A DNA stretch of 40,550 bases from Catajapyx aquilonaris (lineage: Eukaryota): contig JYFJ02003524.1 of assembly GCA_000934665.2 (NCBI GenBank), positions 1-40,550 of the forward strand, read 5' to 3'. This document shows positions 12,656 through 24,487 of this stretch, one piece after another. The notes beneath the pieces are model-generated. The model searched no databases, had not been told where the DNA came from, and was given only the letters and a program-made list of their open reading frames with translations. Position numbers and translations under genes: made by a program. How positions within the stretch are numbered: the first letter of the stretch is position 1; each line of letters opens with the position of its first letter.

Positions 12656-13605
12656 AACTATTTTCTCCAGATATGAATTTTGACAGACACAAGTTTGTTT
12701 ATTTCCCTCTTCACAACTATAGGGAGGTCACCACACGTGCAGTTTTAGCTAATAGTCTTGCTGTACAAATATCCGAATTCCTAAAGATAAACCTTTATGT
12801 ATACATAAAGGTTTATCTTTCTGATATTACATCGAACACCTTACCTTACACTTATCTGAATTTGGACGATAGATTATATACCTTGGCTAAAGAACACAAT
12901 GCTATGTCAATTTCATCAATTTAACTTACAATAAAAAGCCGGCTTCAGTAAGGACAGGGAATGTTGAGTCTCATTTATCCAACAAAAAGCAAACTTATGA
13001 ACTTTGTCTTGATACGAGTAGACTCTCAGTTAGTTGGAAGACAAAAGTTTTTTTTTCTCGACTTCTCTTCTGAAATTAGCGGTTAACAATGTAACACGAA
13101 GGCGAAGCTGTGACTGAAAGTATTTCAGTTCGGAGGAAAAGTTTGCCGCTTTACGAAGTACCAAAGTGATTTTCCTCCTCTTCCAGAGCTCCTCGCGACT
13201 TCTTTTCTCTTACTGCAGAAATCAATGGTTCTTTATTTCTAACGACTCTTCCTTTTATCAAGCATCATCTCTTAATCGCCTGGCTTTTATTGGTTGAAAC
13301 GCTGCTGCAAAGTACGACTGCAGTATCATTTACCATTCAATTGATTCGGAGATTAGGAAAGGACAGGAAAATAACGTAACTTAATGTGTGTGACGCTCTT
13401 ATAATGATATCTGAAGCGATATTTTATTATTTTAGGTAATCGGTAATATTAACATTATGCGAATATTAAATTCTTACAGCAGCAGTATGTACTGTATGAC
13501 ACCTTGTTGATAAAACTGCAGAAGACAGTATGGCTTTCAGACTACATTTAACAAGTCAAATGTGTTGCTATAGAAACTGTCTCCTCAACATTTGGGCATT
13601 TGACC

Positions 13606-13753
13606 CAAGGGGGTAACCATTTCAGTACTCCTGTGTACACCTGCGAGTGGTACTCCCAGGTACTCCTGAGGTACCTCACTCTTTATTACTCCTTGGTACT
13701 CCTTGAATTTGGTACTCCAGTGTACACTTTTCAGTCGAGTGATTACCCCCTTG
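13606..13753. mobile_element. 148-bp MITE with CAAGG termini and an exact 8-bp TSD (P-element-like, or hAT)
   Basis: TIRs caagggggtaacca (13606-13619) and tgattacccccttg (13740-13753), flanked by atttgacc at 13598-13605 and 13754-13761. The interior is built from repeated GTACTCC motifs. Confidence 0.88.
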
Positions 13754-14891
13754 ATTTGACCTATGGCCAGGAAGTGAGCATACAGACAAGACGCAAGACG
13801 GCTGAAAGCTCACAGTACGGTCAAGCAAGCAGCCGAAAGCGCAGATCATGTGTTCAACCAGAGTCCAGACACCATTACTGTAAGTGCCTGGTTCACAATT
13901 TTTAACAAGCTGATTAAGGAATACTATCCGATTAAATGTACAGTATGGGGATTCATACAACTTGTCAGGAGAATGAAGAGGGTTCAGTGCCAGATGTTTT
14001 CTTGTTTACGTTTAGGCCTTTTAATTTCTAAAACTTAACAGGCCACAAGAGGGGTACTTAAAAATGTAGTTGCACAGCCCATTTATACTTGACAAATGTT
14101 TGCGTGGTAGTGGAAAAGTTATTTCTCTTGGTCACGCGGCGACGTTTTAGTATCCTACTTATCTTTTCCGGCTGTTACTGTAAAATGCCACATATAAAAT
14201 TTTGAAATCATCAAAACGCCCACAAATTGCTGGTAAGTTACCTGTTTTTAAGCATGCCTGATATACTGCGGCCTAAGGTAATGCTTGCCACTTTAGCGAG
14301 ACTAATGCATTTGTCCTTCACAAATTTGACATACTTCTGCGTGTGCCATTGAAACAGCGTAGGAATGTGCTGAATCAAAGAGCCTTAAAAAGGAGTGACG
14401 CATAATTTTGAATTTCGTCGAGAATCAAGATCTTAGCTGAGTGTATGAGTAGGCCTACTCTGTAGGCGCCTAATGGAGCAGGAAAAGAGTGAGGATGAAT
14501 GGTGCGAGTTACCAAAGAAGTATTATGGACAGCCATGGTCGGATTAATCCCCTTTTTCCTGCGCCCCATGAAATAGTTCGTAAAATTCTACCAGCTGCCT
14601 GTCGATCTGGATATAAATTATGTCAAATTTAAAAAAAGTTCGGTTCACATTTCCCCCTATATCATAGGTTTTGGAAAAGTTACCCTGTTACCATCTCCCT
14701 TATATTCAGAAAAATATTATAATCAAAGCAAGCTCATTCATTGTACACTCTGTTGTAATCCATGGTAACCGGATCAAGGTACGATCTTCTTGTTCAGTGA
14801 TTTCCACTTCGGATGAAATATATATATTATCAAGCTATGGCAGGTAGTACTCTTAAATAGATATTTCCTTGCAGCCTTGTGTGTGTGGATG

Positions 14892-15142
14892 GGCGCGCAT
14901 TGCTATCCTTGTGAGGATTTTTTTCGCGTTTTTCCTATCCTTGTGAGGAATTTTGTCATTACGAGGTAGTTTTCCTGTACCTCATAGTGAACACACGCCT
15001 CACAAGGACAGGGAAAAATCGAAAAATACCTCATAAAAACAGTAAAAATATATTTCACCAAAATTTGGTGTGTTTTTTGCAGGTTAGGTTAGTTTTAAAT
15101 TTTAAATTTTGGAAAAACCTCACAAGGATAGGAATGCGCGCC
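14892..15142. mobile_element. 251-bp MITE with GG termini and internal subterminal repeats
   Basis: TIRs ggcgcgcattgctatccttgtgagg and cctcacaaggataggaatgcgcgcc. TCCTTGTGAGG occurs twice forward and twice reversed; internal ggttaggttag. Possible 6-bp TSD tggatg/tgggtg. Confidence 0.85.
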
Positions 15143-15165
15143 TGGGTGTCTGCGGAGTCATTGGC

Positions 15166-15431
15166 TGTGGGGACTAGGACTGGAGTTTTACTATAACCGT
15201 GGAGACGTTTTGTCAAATTGTGGGGACCTCGGATGACCCCAAAATTTGAATTTGGTGTTTTACCGCTTTTGTGGGGACACGTCCCCACAGTTGGGTACTT
15301 TTCTAATCCGTTTTTCTCGGCGGAGGGGGAGTGTTCAGGTCAGGTCATATCAGGTCAGTGTACGTTTCAAGAAAGGGCGGGAACCAAGGTCCCCACAGGT
15401 CAGGCGCAAACGAGGGTGTGTGTGTGTGTGT
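15166..15431. mobile_element. Probable non-autonomous CACTA/EnSpm-like element remnant ending in (GT)n
   Basis: TGTGGGGAC three times forward (15166, 15219, 15270) and GTCCCCACA twice (15281, 15389), including the palindrome tgtggggacacgtccccaca. It terminates in a GT microsatellite; the left end is not recognisable. Confidence 0.5.
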
Positions 15432-18335
15432 CTGTTGAAACACTGCCCACTGATACAATCTCTGAAAAAGGAGCAATCCAAGTTGGTCCGAAGAGAAATT
15501 GAAAGTCACAATGTGTCGCTGAGAGAGAGAGAAAAAAGGATCCGGAGGTTTATTCAGTACTGTATATTTGAATGGATCCTCTGGAGGAGACTGGCCGGCC
15601 GTGAGAGGGGCCATGCCTTTTGGGTGATTTGAAACAAAAGAGTGGCATCAGGGCCGAGGATGTGGGGCCCAGCGGCCAGGCGGGCCTATCGATCAAAGTG
15701 ACGCCAGGAATAGCATAGGGGGTGCCCCAGCACCAAGAAAGACCCGGCCTGAAGCCAGACAGGAAACGGAAAATTATAGCATGGGATTTGGACAACGATT
15801 CCTTTTAAGTGCGACAAATCAGCGGGTCTTGATGCACGACCCTTGATTGCACTCCCGGTTTTTATGAACATTATATATGGCCCACACTCTGCGATTTATT
15901 TTGGAGAGGTATTGCGATCTCCCCGCCTTTGAAATAAATGTACGGAGTAACTCCATGTTAATAAGGTTTTTAAAAACAACGTTCAATTTTTTCAAAATGA
16001 TGCGGTTTCTCTTGATTCGTGTGTTTTAAAATAAGCATAGTTTTATGGATGGTTTAAAGTACAAGGCACTTGAAGGGCCACGTTTTGTAATATGTGTAAG
16101 CCTATAGGAATATTTGCCGAAAGATGAGGTCTGTGCTGCCTTGTCGGATGTAATCGCTCTCTGGTATTCGTTTTCCATCCACCCGCCGGCGGGCCAGCTC
16201 ACGTCAATCACCCTGTGTAATATCAACAGGCATTTGGAATACTTGCTTTGTATCATGTTGGCTGCCAAACCACATCACAGACATTCCATTTCGTTTGCGT
16301 TCTCAAGCTCTCCCGCCGCAGAGCTTCATACATAAGGGACTGCCCTAGAACACTTGCATGCAGCTGGACAGAATATTTTTGGAAGGAGGCGGGCCATAAC
16401 ATTCGCAGCATCACTTGTCCCAACAAAGACCACCTTCAGAAGATAGTGACATAGGATATGCCGGTACTTGGCTATACCAGGGTTAGTCTAGGCTACAGCT
16501 ATGATAGTCCCATTTTCAATCATCTCATGCGCAATATCAGACAAAAAGAAGGGTGGTAGTGAAATTACGTTTTGGAAGGGAGAACCCTGCCTCAGCCCTC
16601 AAGTATAGCCTGTGCTGCTGTTATGAAAATACTAACGTTGTAAGTAACAAAGCTTTATACTGAATTTTCATAAAAATAACGCATTGGATCTCCCTTTTGA
16701 AATTTGTGGTGTGCCTAGCTTCATTCTGGGATAAAGGGTAAAACAACATCCTTTTCATAACCCCGTTAATACCCAAAGGGAACATACAGTATAATATACA
16801 CACAAGATGATTCCAGGTTGGATTAAAATTATTGTGTACAGATTCAACGGGGAAGCGACTTGCACAGGGCATCTTATGGAAATAACAATCAGTGTCTGGC
16901 GAGCAGAAACATTTCTTTTTAGACTGACAAGTATTACTTGTAGGCCTATAATAAAAATATCCTGAAGGTCTGTAAAAATTAAGAGCTGGAAATTAAACGC
17001 GAGGGACATCTTTCGCAACTTTATCAATGATCATTTAAGTAAATATAATAATCGGTATGATTAAAAATGTTCACTTGGCACAGGTACCCTTTGGACCACC
17101 CTGTGCGTATAGGACTACTGCTTTGCACTGGATAAACTTGTAGCCGACATAATGACCAGTTGAATGTGAGTTGTGAAATGACACAGAACCGCATGAATAT
17201 TACAAGTCCTTGATGGAATTGAGCTTACTGGGAATGTCTAAAAGGGTTGTAAGGTCTGGCTGTAACCGCGGGACATTTCTGACTCCACAATGAATTCAAT
17301 TTGGGTCGTGCGCAAGTAATTTAAACTTGTAGATGGCGGAGCGCAATTCCTTACTCGTATCTCGGGAGAAGACGTCAAGCGCCTCCCGAGTAAATCCCAT
17401 TATGGGAATAAGGCCAAGGAGCGCTACTTTGCCACATACTATTCATGCTCTCTGCTAGTAAAGGATACACTTGACTTCTCGAGTATATTCAGCTAATCAA
17501 AGACATATTTACGTCTTTGTGCTGATTTTTTGTCAAATCTTATTTCGGAAAAATGTAATTTGCAGCGTAGGAGTGACATGTCTTTATATTTAACGTCATG
17601 GCTGCTTGTAGAATATAACTCTTCAAGTAGACTATAACGTGTATAAAAGAAAATGTGGGAAAGATGTTTTTAATAGCAAGCCTCTAATAAATTCGACGCT
17701 TGGGCACAGTTGGGAAGCTACAGTCAATAAGCTTAAAGCTTAACAAATGCTAAGTCTAAGCTGCACAAGGCAGACAAATTAGAAATTTGCATACCCCGGA
17801 AAGCTTCTTTTTCATCTGGGCCCATTTGAGCGGAAATTTGGAGGTCAGAGCGATATTATAGGAGGCATGGAAAATCAGTCTGCAAAATCAGATGAGCCTG
17901 CGTTGGTCCCAATCCCAGCCTCCCTCCTTCCCCTCACCCCCCGTCAATGGCAGCCTTCTATTTAGCCTTGGCCCAATCCTGTTCATAAAGCCCAGACTCT
18001 CTAATTTCCTTTGCAGATCCAAGTCCTTATAAATTCCGGCCCAATGAGCGGCTTTCTTCCGCTGATTTCCAGCAGCAGTCTCACTCGCGGCGGGCTAGAG
18101 AAATCATGCCCGTTTGCTACATTTTGCCGAAATGAGAGCCTTGCACCCGTAATGCTTTTTATGCCCCAGCTAATTGGTCAGCGGAGACCCGAACCTGTTG
18201 TGGAACCATGACTTAGATAGGGATTATGCTGCACTTTTTCTTCAGACTTTTCTCGGTTGCGGCTTGCCTAGGCCAAGATTACCGGAGCTTATAAGCACCA
18301 CTCTCTAGGAACATTGTAAGAATAATGGGTACAAA

Positions 18336-18674
18336 TGAAGAACTCGGGAGAAAAACGATCAATGTCCACTTTTGTCAAAAATGAGTTACATATATCAGAA
18401 GATAGTTTCACTAGCGTAGAATATGATGGTTTGGTCGTGGTTGTGGAGGAATGATCATAGGTCACTATGGAAGACCTCGAAAGTGGGATTTACAATGGAG
18501 CCTTATGGGCCTTCGAAATTTAAAATGATGGGTATATCCAAGGGGTAAATCACTCATCAAGTCCGTTGTATACGTATAAGGCGCCAAGTCCGACCAAGTC
18601 CGGGCCTAAGGCCCTTGGGTATATCTCAGTTTCACCTGAGGTGGACCATGATCGTTTTTCTCCCGAGGTCTTCA
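18336..18674. mobile_element. Foldback/MITE-like element with nested inverted repeats
   Basis: tgaagaactcgggagaaaaacgatcaatgtccac (from 18336) versus gtggaccatgatcgtttttctcccgaggtcttca (to 18674). Inner inverted repeat tatatccaaggg / cccttgggtata; tandem ccaagtccg twice. Confidence 0.7.
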
Positions 18675-19860
18675 AATATTGCTGAATTCTCCGAGAGGAA
18701 CCATGCGAAGTGAAAACTAATGAAATTTCCTAATAAATGACAGATCTGAGCTGAATAAAAAATTCCGTCAATATAGACCGCAATAAAATATAACTGTGAA
18801 AAATGTTTCGGGACAGTACTGGCACATGGCACATCGTGTGCATCGTTCAAGATACTTGTATCTTTAAAAATAAAATGCGAATTATTCTCACACGAACATA
18901 CGATAAATAATTATAAGAATGACAATAATATGCATGTATGGAGTGCTTTTGCAAGGGTTAGGTTTTATATGTAAAATAACAACATAATTCTTCAATTACC
19001 GGTACGTTTACTATCCAACTTTAATTTCCTGCCTTAGGAAGCTTGAAAATAGACCGAATAAAAAGGGGGTATGGGGGCGGAGAGGCCTGTGTCAGACATC
19101 CTTCCTCAGTTACAGAAATGAAGTTTCTAATCCGCCGGGAAATGATCTATTTTTGAGTAAGGTCACTCACCTTGTGTATATCGACAAGATTGAAAGGGGG
19201 CACGAAAATTGCACCATTTTCTAGGTGGATATTGACATACTTTTTTGTTACAATATACAAGTAGAAAGGCCCGCTACAACATATGGAAGTACAAGCCAGT
19301 AACTGCTTTAGTTTCCGATATGAACATTAAAACCCACTCCCCCTGCCGTTACTCCTTCCTAATTCCAGAAAAAATATCTTGTTTTGAAAGACCCCAAATG
19401 AGATTATCCACCGTCTCCTGCTCCCGGCCAGATAAAAATGAGTCCTGAATCCAGTGTAATTTTCCACGGACGCTACCCCACAGTTGCCAAGTGGACACTG
19501 TTCAACTGATGGCACCCGGGGATTCCCCAAACTTTCCTTTGTTCTGCCTTTGCGCGCCACCTTTATTAGAAGCCTGAGCAAGAGGGCATGTCACCATCAT
19601 CTTGAGGGGCTAAAGGTCGAAGGGTGCGAGAGAGTCGGCAAGGGAGACAGTTGGCAACCTCGGGTCAGTGGTCCCCGTGATTTGTCCCCTTGGTGACGGA
19701 CAGGGCAAACACGGTCGCTGGGCATCATTCGGCGCCCAGGCCCCGAAAATGAGGCCCGATTGAAAGAGGAGGGCGTGACGCGACTGGACAAACGGGGCAA
19801 ATCTCATCTCGCCAGGGAAACCGAAGACTGCCAATGCATTCCTCTGCAAACTAGCCGAAA

Positions 19861-19900
19861 GGGGGAAGGAGGGGAGGGACGGAGGGAGGGAGGGACGGGG
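19861..19900 (+). repeat. G-rich (GGGA)-like tract with G-quadruplex potential
   Basis: gggggaaggaggggagggacggagggagggagggacgggg contains more than four GGG runs with short loops. Confidence 0.6.
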
Positions 19901-21019
19901 GAGAGTCCGATCCCTTGTTGCAGGTGGACGAGCAGGTTAGGTTGGGAGAATGAAAGGCTTGGGACTCCCTATCTTTTCAGGGATTTTTTCCCTTTCTCAG
20001 GAGGTTGATAGCATGAAATGATTTTTGGAAGGAAAATTTTACACAAGGTGGAAATCACGAGGGGATCGGCGACGTCAATATCTGGACTACGTGGAGTGGC
20101 ATCGATAATTTTACTTTCCATATTCATTGCAGAAAACAGTGGTGGGCCTACAAATACGGCTTTAAATATATTGTCCATTAATCGGCGGTGAACGAAGCGG
20201 TCTGGTCTATTGTTTACACTGTTGTTGGAGAGGTTTTGGGATCGATTACCTGTGCCGATCATCCTGATCTGTTGGGGTTTCTGCTGTTTCAACTGCTCCT
20301 GCACATAGCCAATATTCCGAGACGGTTCCTGTACATGAAAAAGTCAGGGCAGCTTTCCTTCGTTCTCTATCCTTGAACTCCACAGATGGCCTTAGCTGCC
20401 TCTGTTCCTCCATATTTTGAAAAATTTCCAGAGAGATATTTAATGATTCCAAGCTTATGACAGTCACCTGTCAATATTGTGTGCTGCGATTAATTACAAT
20501 AACGAAGTATTTTCGACCTTTACAGTCAACCAGCTTGAACCTGGTTGACCACTGTAACTCATTATAAATCTAGAAACGTGGGTCGCATAGTCAGTAGTAT
20601 ACAGGGATTTTGTAATTCAGTCCCATTCCCCCATTATTTCCAAACATGTCCAGCGTTGCATAATGTGCAACTTGTAATACATGGGATCAAATAATTGCAT
20701 ACATATTGCATGTTTTTATCATTTCTGCAGGTGTCTGTGCAAAAAGCAGACATACAGTAATTTTTGTAAGAGAACATGCAGTGTTGTGTTCTAACAATGC
20801 AGCCCTATACTGACTATAGTGAAACATTGTGCCACATTTTAATGTTGGTATCAAACGTGACTCTGATGACAATATCCTACACATAGTATAGGGGCAATGA
20901 AAGCCGCTGCTGTTGAATAGCCCCTTTTAGGCCTCCTGTATTATTTCGTACAAGATTTACTTGAGAAGTCAAGTGGAAGCAATATTTCTGCATTGAATCC
21001 CTGAGCATTTACAATTATG

Positions 21020-21140
21020 ATAATCACATTCAAGAAATTTTTCAGCACTGCTCACGTTCTCTCTGCAGATATAACGTGGGCAGTTCTGCAAAACAATATT
21101 CCTTGCAATTGCAATGTTGGGATATAAATTATACTGTAGA
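21020..21140 (-). pseudogene. Decayed hAT transposase C-terminal dimerisation-domain fragment
   Basis: The minus strand reads NLYPNIAIARNIVL and then, after a frameshift, VISAERT*AVLKNFLN, matching the hAT motif YPNI.IALRI.LT.PV.SASAERSFS.LK..KN. Confidence 0.55.
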
Positions 21141-21628
21141 TCATATCGAAAGGAATTCGCAAAAAATAACGAAACACACCGTTCGTCATCGCACTTTAAT
21201 GATGGGCCAGAATAGCAAGTCTTCCTGTGTATTGATTGCGATGGGAGTTGCAAAAACATGCATTCTAATCATATGAATGTAGTCCTTGTGTCTTCGACCT
21301 CATCTCATACATAAAATACTATCGAAGTTGTGACAAGTTCTACAAATTCTTGTCAGATCTGCTCCAGACAGCAGTGCAGCCCCTAGCAGATATCAGCCAC
21401 CGTCGAAAAGCAAAATGGTATTCAATGGCTATACACCATCCTTTGCATGAAATCATGCATTACCTTACTAAATAAATATAAAAGCAAGATAAAGCAAGAT
21501 GATTGAGTGCATATTCTCTTAGTGTTCACTAAAGGGTAATGACCCTTTCTAGGTACTATGACTATTAACTTATGTTTTCTGGGTCATTCATTCTTGAACT
21601 TAGCGACATATCATGTTCCTATCACTAA

Positions 21629-21691
21629 TTTTATAGCTCTACCAAAGTCCTATCTGAAGTCTTCAGATCGGACTTTGGCAAAGCTATAAAA
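21629..21691. repeat. 63-bp palindrome (31-bp arms, centre at 21660)
   Basis: ttttatagctctaccaaagtcctatctgaag-t-cttcagatcggactttggcaaagctataaaa; 28/31 Watson-Crick pairs. Confidence 0.92.
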
Positions 21692-21936
21692 ACGACAACA
21701 TAGATTTTTATTATACATAGGCTTGCATGCTAAACGAGTGTTCCAAACAAAAATAAATAATAAATACACCCCTTGCTCTTTTTTGTTGTAGCCCTGGCAT
21801 ACCCCGAGAAAGATAATCAATTGCAGTTATCACATAATCCAGATTTTAAAATTTGATATTGTTGGTTGGTTCCTGTGACATAGCCTACCATTCTGATAGT
21901 TTTGGTGTGCCGGTGAGTTTCAACCCGGGCTCCAAC

Positions 21937-22140
21937 TTAGTATACAGACGACTGTACAGTACCTCGTTTCAGGTTGTGGTTAGGTGTATTTTTGGAGTTA
22001 TAGTTCCCATCGATATGACTCTCCAACACGTGCCTGTGGGGTTTCTCTTGGACAGAAATACTAATTACCCTGAATGTCACACTGTCTTTCGTCTCTTGCA
22101 CAATAAATTGTTCATTGTACTTGATTGCTAATAATTCGTG
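21937..22140 (-). pseudogene. Possible decayed Penelope-like retroelement RT C-terminal (thumb) fragment
   Basis: QFIVQETKDSVTF...NYNSKNTPNHNLKRGTVQSSVY resembles Penelope-type IQFT.E.E.D..LPFLD...YL.YNS.HP...KRG.V.SL, with KRNPT (YRKPT-like) in an adjacent frame. Confidence 0.45.
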
Positions 22141-23596
22141 AATTCTGACTGGTTTGCCAACACTTTGAACCCCCAGGAGCCTCGCTAAGAAGTCGGGATT
22201 AAAATGCAGACTCATAATTTAGTGAAGTGGTTAATAAAAAGTTGAGCACGGTGGCGTCAGGTACTAAAGAGGCGGTCTTTTTATAGCTAAATCTAGGCGG
22301 TGGAGTGGCGGTGTAAGGCGCTGAATATTGAATGCCGGCTTCGGAAAATTACATCAGTGCGTGGTAAATAAAGCAGCAGACGCCAGGGCCCAAGTTTACA
22401 GCTCCTTACTTATTCCTGAAGTTTAAAAGAGACGGTTGGCTGCAAGGCCTAATTCTGGGACGGTTTTTCACCAAAGGAGGAGGCATGGATTTTGCATAAT
22501 TAGTGCCAATTCCTACGCTTTATTAGCTATTGAGAGGAAATTAAATTCCCATTTCGTTTCTCCCTGGTATGAATCTGACGCTCGATATTGAAGATCGTTT
22601 ATTCAGAGAAAAAACATGCATTCAATGATTCTAGTTCTCAAGGTTTGCTACCCTGTACCTCCCAATTATTGTTGATCATAGTTTCAGCAGTAGATATTAA
22701 GGCCGTGGGCATTTTGCACGGTATTTCAATTTAATGAAGAGTACATGTTGAGGAGACAATGAATGAAAGTGCGTAACTACGGAGAGGGTTGTCAGAATTT
22801 TAATATTACTAATTAAGGCCTTTTCTGAATTTATAGTCATGAAAATATCGTCTGCATAACAGAGAAATTCATTGTCTAGTTTTGGAGATTTTCAGTTATT
22901 TGCATCACTAAGACTTAGTATCGGTTTCTGATCTACTGCCAGCATTTATTCCTAAAGTTTCATAAGGAGCCTGCAAGCCAAAATTTCCTGTCTTCCCTAG
23001 AACAACACAAGGTCAAACCTTTGTTCTGGATTATATAGCGTACAAGTATACAAGTAGAAACTGGTTTTTTACCTTTGTGGATTTCTCATGTATATCCACG
23101 ATGATGCACTATTATTTGTGAATAAATCTCGACTACCATCAACAGTTGACTCCAGAATGTGGAGACCACAGTAGGTCCAACTTGCTGAGAACATAGTAGA
23201 TATCGAAAGGGCTGTTTACCAAAAAGGTTGGCAAAAATAGTTGGAAAACCATTGGTTTTTGCGAGTTTGACGCTGTGTGGCTGGAGTGTTATTTTCCAGA
23301 TTGGCAAAGGGCGTGGAAAAGAGCTGGGTTTTCTGACAGGCGACAACATTGGCGCGCCAGTGGGCCTAGAAATTCCGCACTTGCCGCTCCAGATCAATCG
23401 AGATTGATGTATGGCGTCGCAGAAGAAGGAAAGCAAAAGTGTTCACAAGCACAGCTGTTGATGCAGCACATTTCGTGGCGTCGGCGTCGGCATCGGCGGC
23501 GTCAGAGCACCACCACCCTGTCGCCGACATGTGACGAACCCGCTTCCCAACTTTATTCACAAGGGGGGAGTTGATTCTGGAATTTAGATTCTCGGC

Positions 23597-23660
23597 CTCC
23601 CTCCTTCCCTCCCTCCCTCCCTTCCTTCCCCCACATCTTCCCCTCCTTTCCTCCCTTTCC
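23597..23660. repeat. (CCCT)-rich polypyrimidine tract
   Basis: ctccctccttccctccctccctcccttccttccccacatcttccctcctttcctcccttt. Confidence 0.75.
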
Positions 23661-24216
23661 GATAAGAAGCCCGGCTCGATTTTTCCGGACAATTCTTCCT
23701 GAACCCGGTTGGGGAATTGTGAGGAGGGAATGCTACACGGAGCACTCATGTTTCCTCAGACACAACATCGGGAATTTGGATTCGGGCGGTTTTCAAGCTG
23801 AACAAACCTTCAGGGTTGGTGGAGCCACACTGAATTTCTTGGCTGGTCTGCATACTATTATATCGTCTACAGGAGGTTTATTCTGCATTTCCATATCATG
23901 TTCAAGCCATGCATGCTCTCTTTAGGAACAGTCGACATAATTGGGGCAGTCATTTGCCTTTTACTCTAGGGGTCTAGGTAGTCTAGGGCTCTAGGCTTTA
24001 GGATATTCCTTATGCAGCATAAACTCTCGATATATCTTAATGAGAGAGTTTGCTGAGTGTGAGTTATTGTTATGAACACTTTGCACTGTAACTGTTATTT
24101 TAACAAAATTCAGGAATTTACAGGTGGAACGTTTCCAGATGCAAGGACTCGTGATCTCAAAAAAGTATCCTACTCTTAGCGCTTCACATAATCACACGTA
24201 AGAAATAAAATTCAAA

Positions 24217-24487
24217 TAGGGCGACACGGTGGCGGAATGGTTAGCGCCACATCCTTCCACCTCTAAGGTCCCGAGTTCGATCCCCGGGTCGCGCAAATGA
24301 TGCTTATGTGGATAGAGTTTCGATGGGTTCTCTCCGTGTTCGCGTGGGTTTTCTCGGGGTTCTCCCGTTTCCTCCCAATATCAAAATCCATCACATTACA
24401 GGCAAATTATTAAAGTCGGGTATTCAAAAGATGATCCCCTAAGAGGCCCAAGGGGCCTATCACGGGGTATCCATTATATTTATATTT
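24217..24487 (+). mobile_element. Full-length tRNA-derived SINE with V-domain-like core, stem-loop tail and TSD
   Basis: A box TGGCGGAATGG (24230-24240) and B box GTTCGATCC (24275-24283). Core tgtggatagagtttc...gttctctccgtgttcgcgtgggttttctcggggttctcccgtttcctccca resembles the V-SINE domain. The 3' end has a hairpin and a TATATT-like tail. TSD aaataaaattcaaa (24203-24216) / aaataaaattctaa (24488-24501). Confidence 0.93.

Noticed and set aside
13620..13730. CRISPR-like short repeats
   Set aside because: 7-bp motifs with irregular, very short spacing inside a TIR/TSD element; eukaryotic context and no cas genes.
13790..13990. Possible pogo transposase fragment (AAESAD...LIKEYYP)
   Set aside because: Resemblance is weak and the diagnostic N.DETG motif is absent.
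17084..17104. Solo mariner-like end (ggaccaccctg)
   Set aside because: No partner TIR found and no flanking TA.
17355..17425. Possible Nin/Deu-domain SINE relic (tcgggagaagacgtcaagc)
   Set aside because: Match too short and no Pol III head recognisable.
19165..19175. Perfect minus-strand splice donor AAG|GTGAGT
   Set aside because: No acceptor or exon upstream; roughly one such match is expected by chance in 40 kb.
24219..24295. Possible tRNA gene
   Set aside because: A and B boxes are present but the anticodon and acceptor stems do not pair properly; it continues into a SINE body flanked by a TSD.
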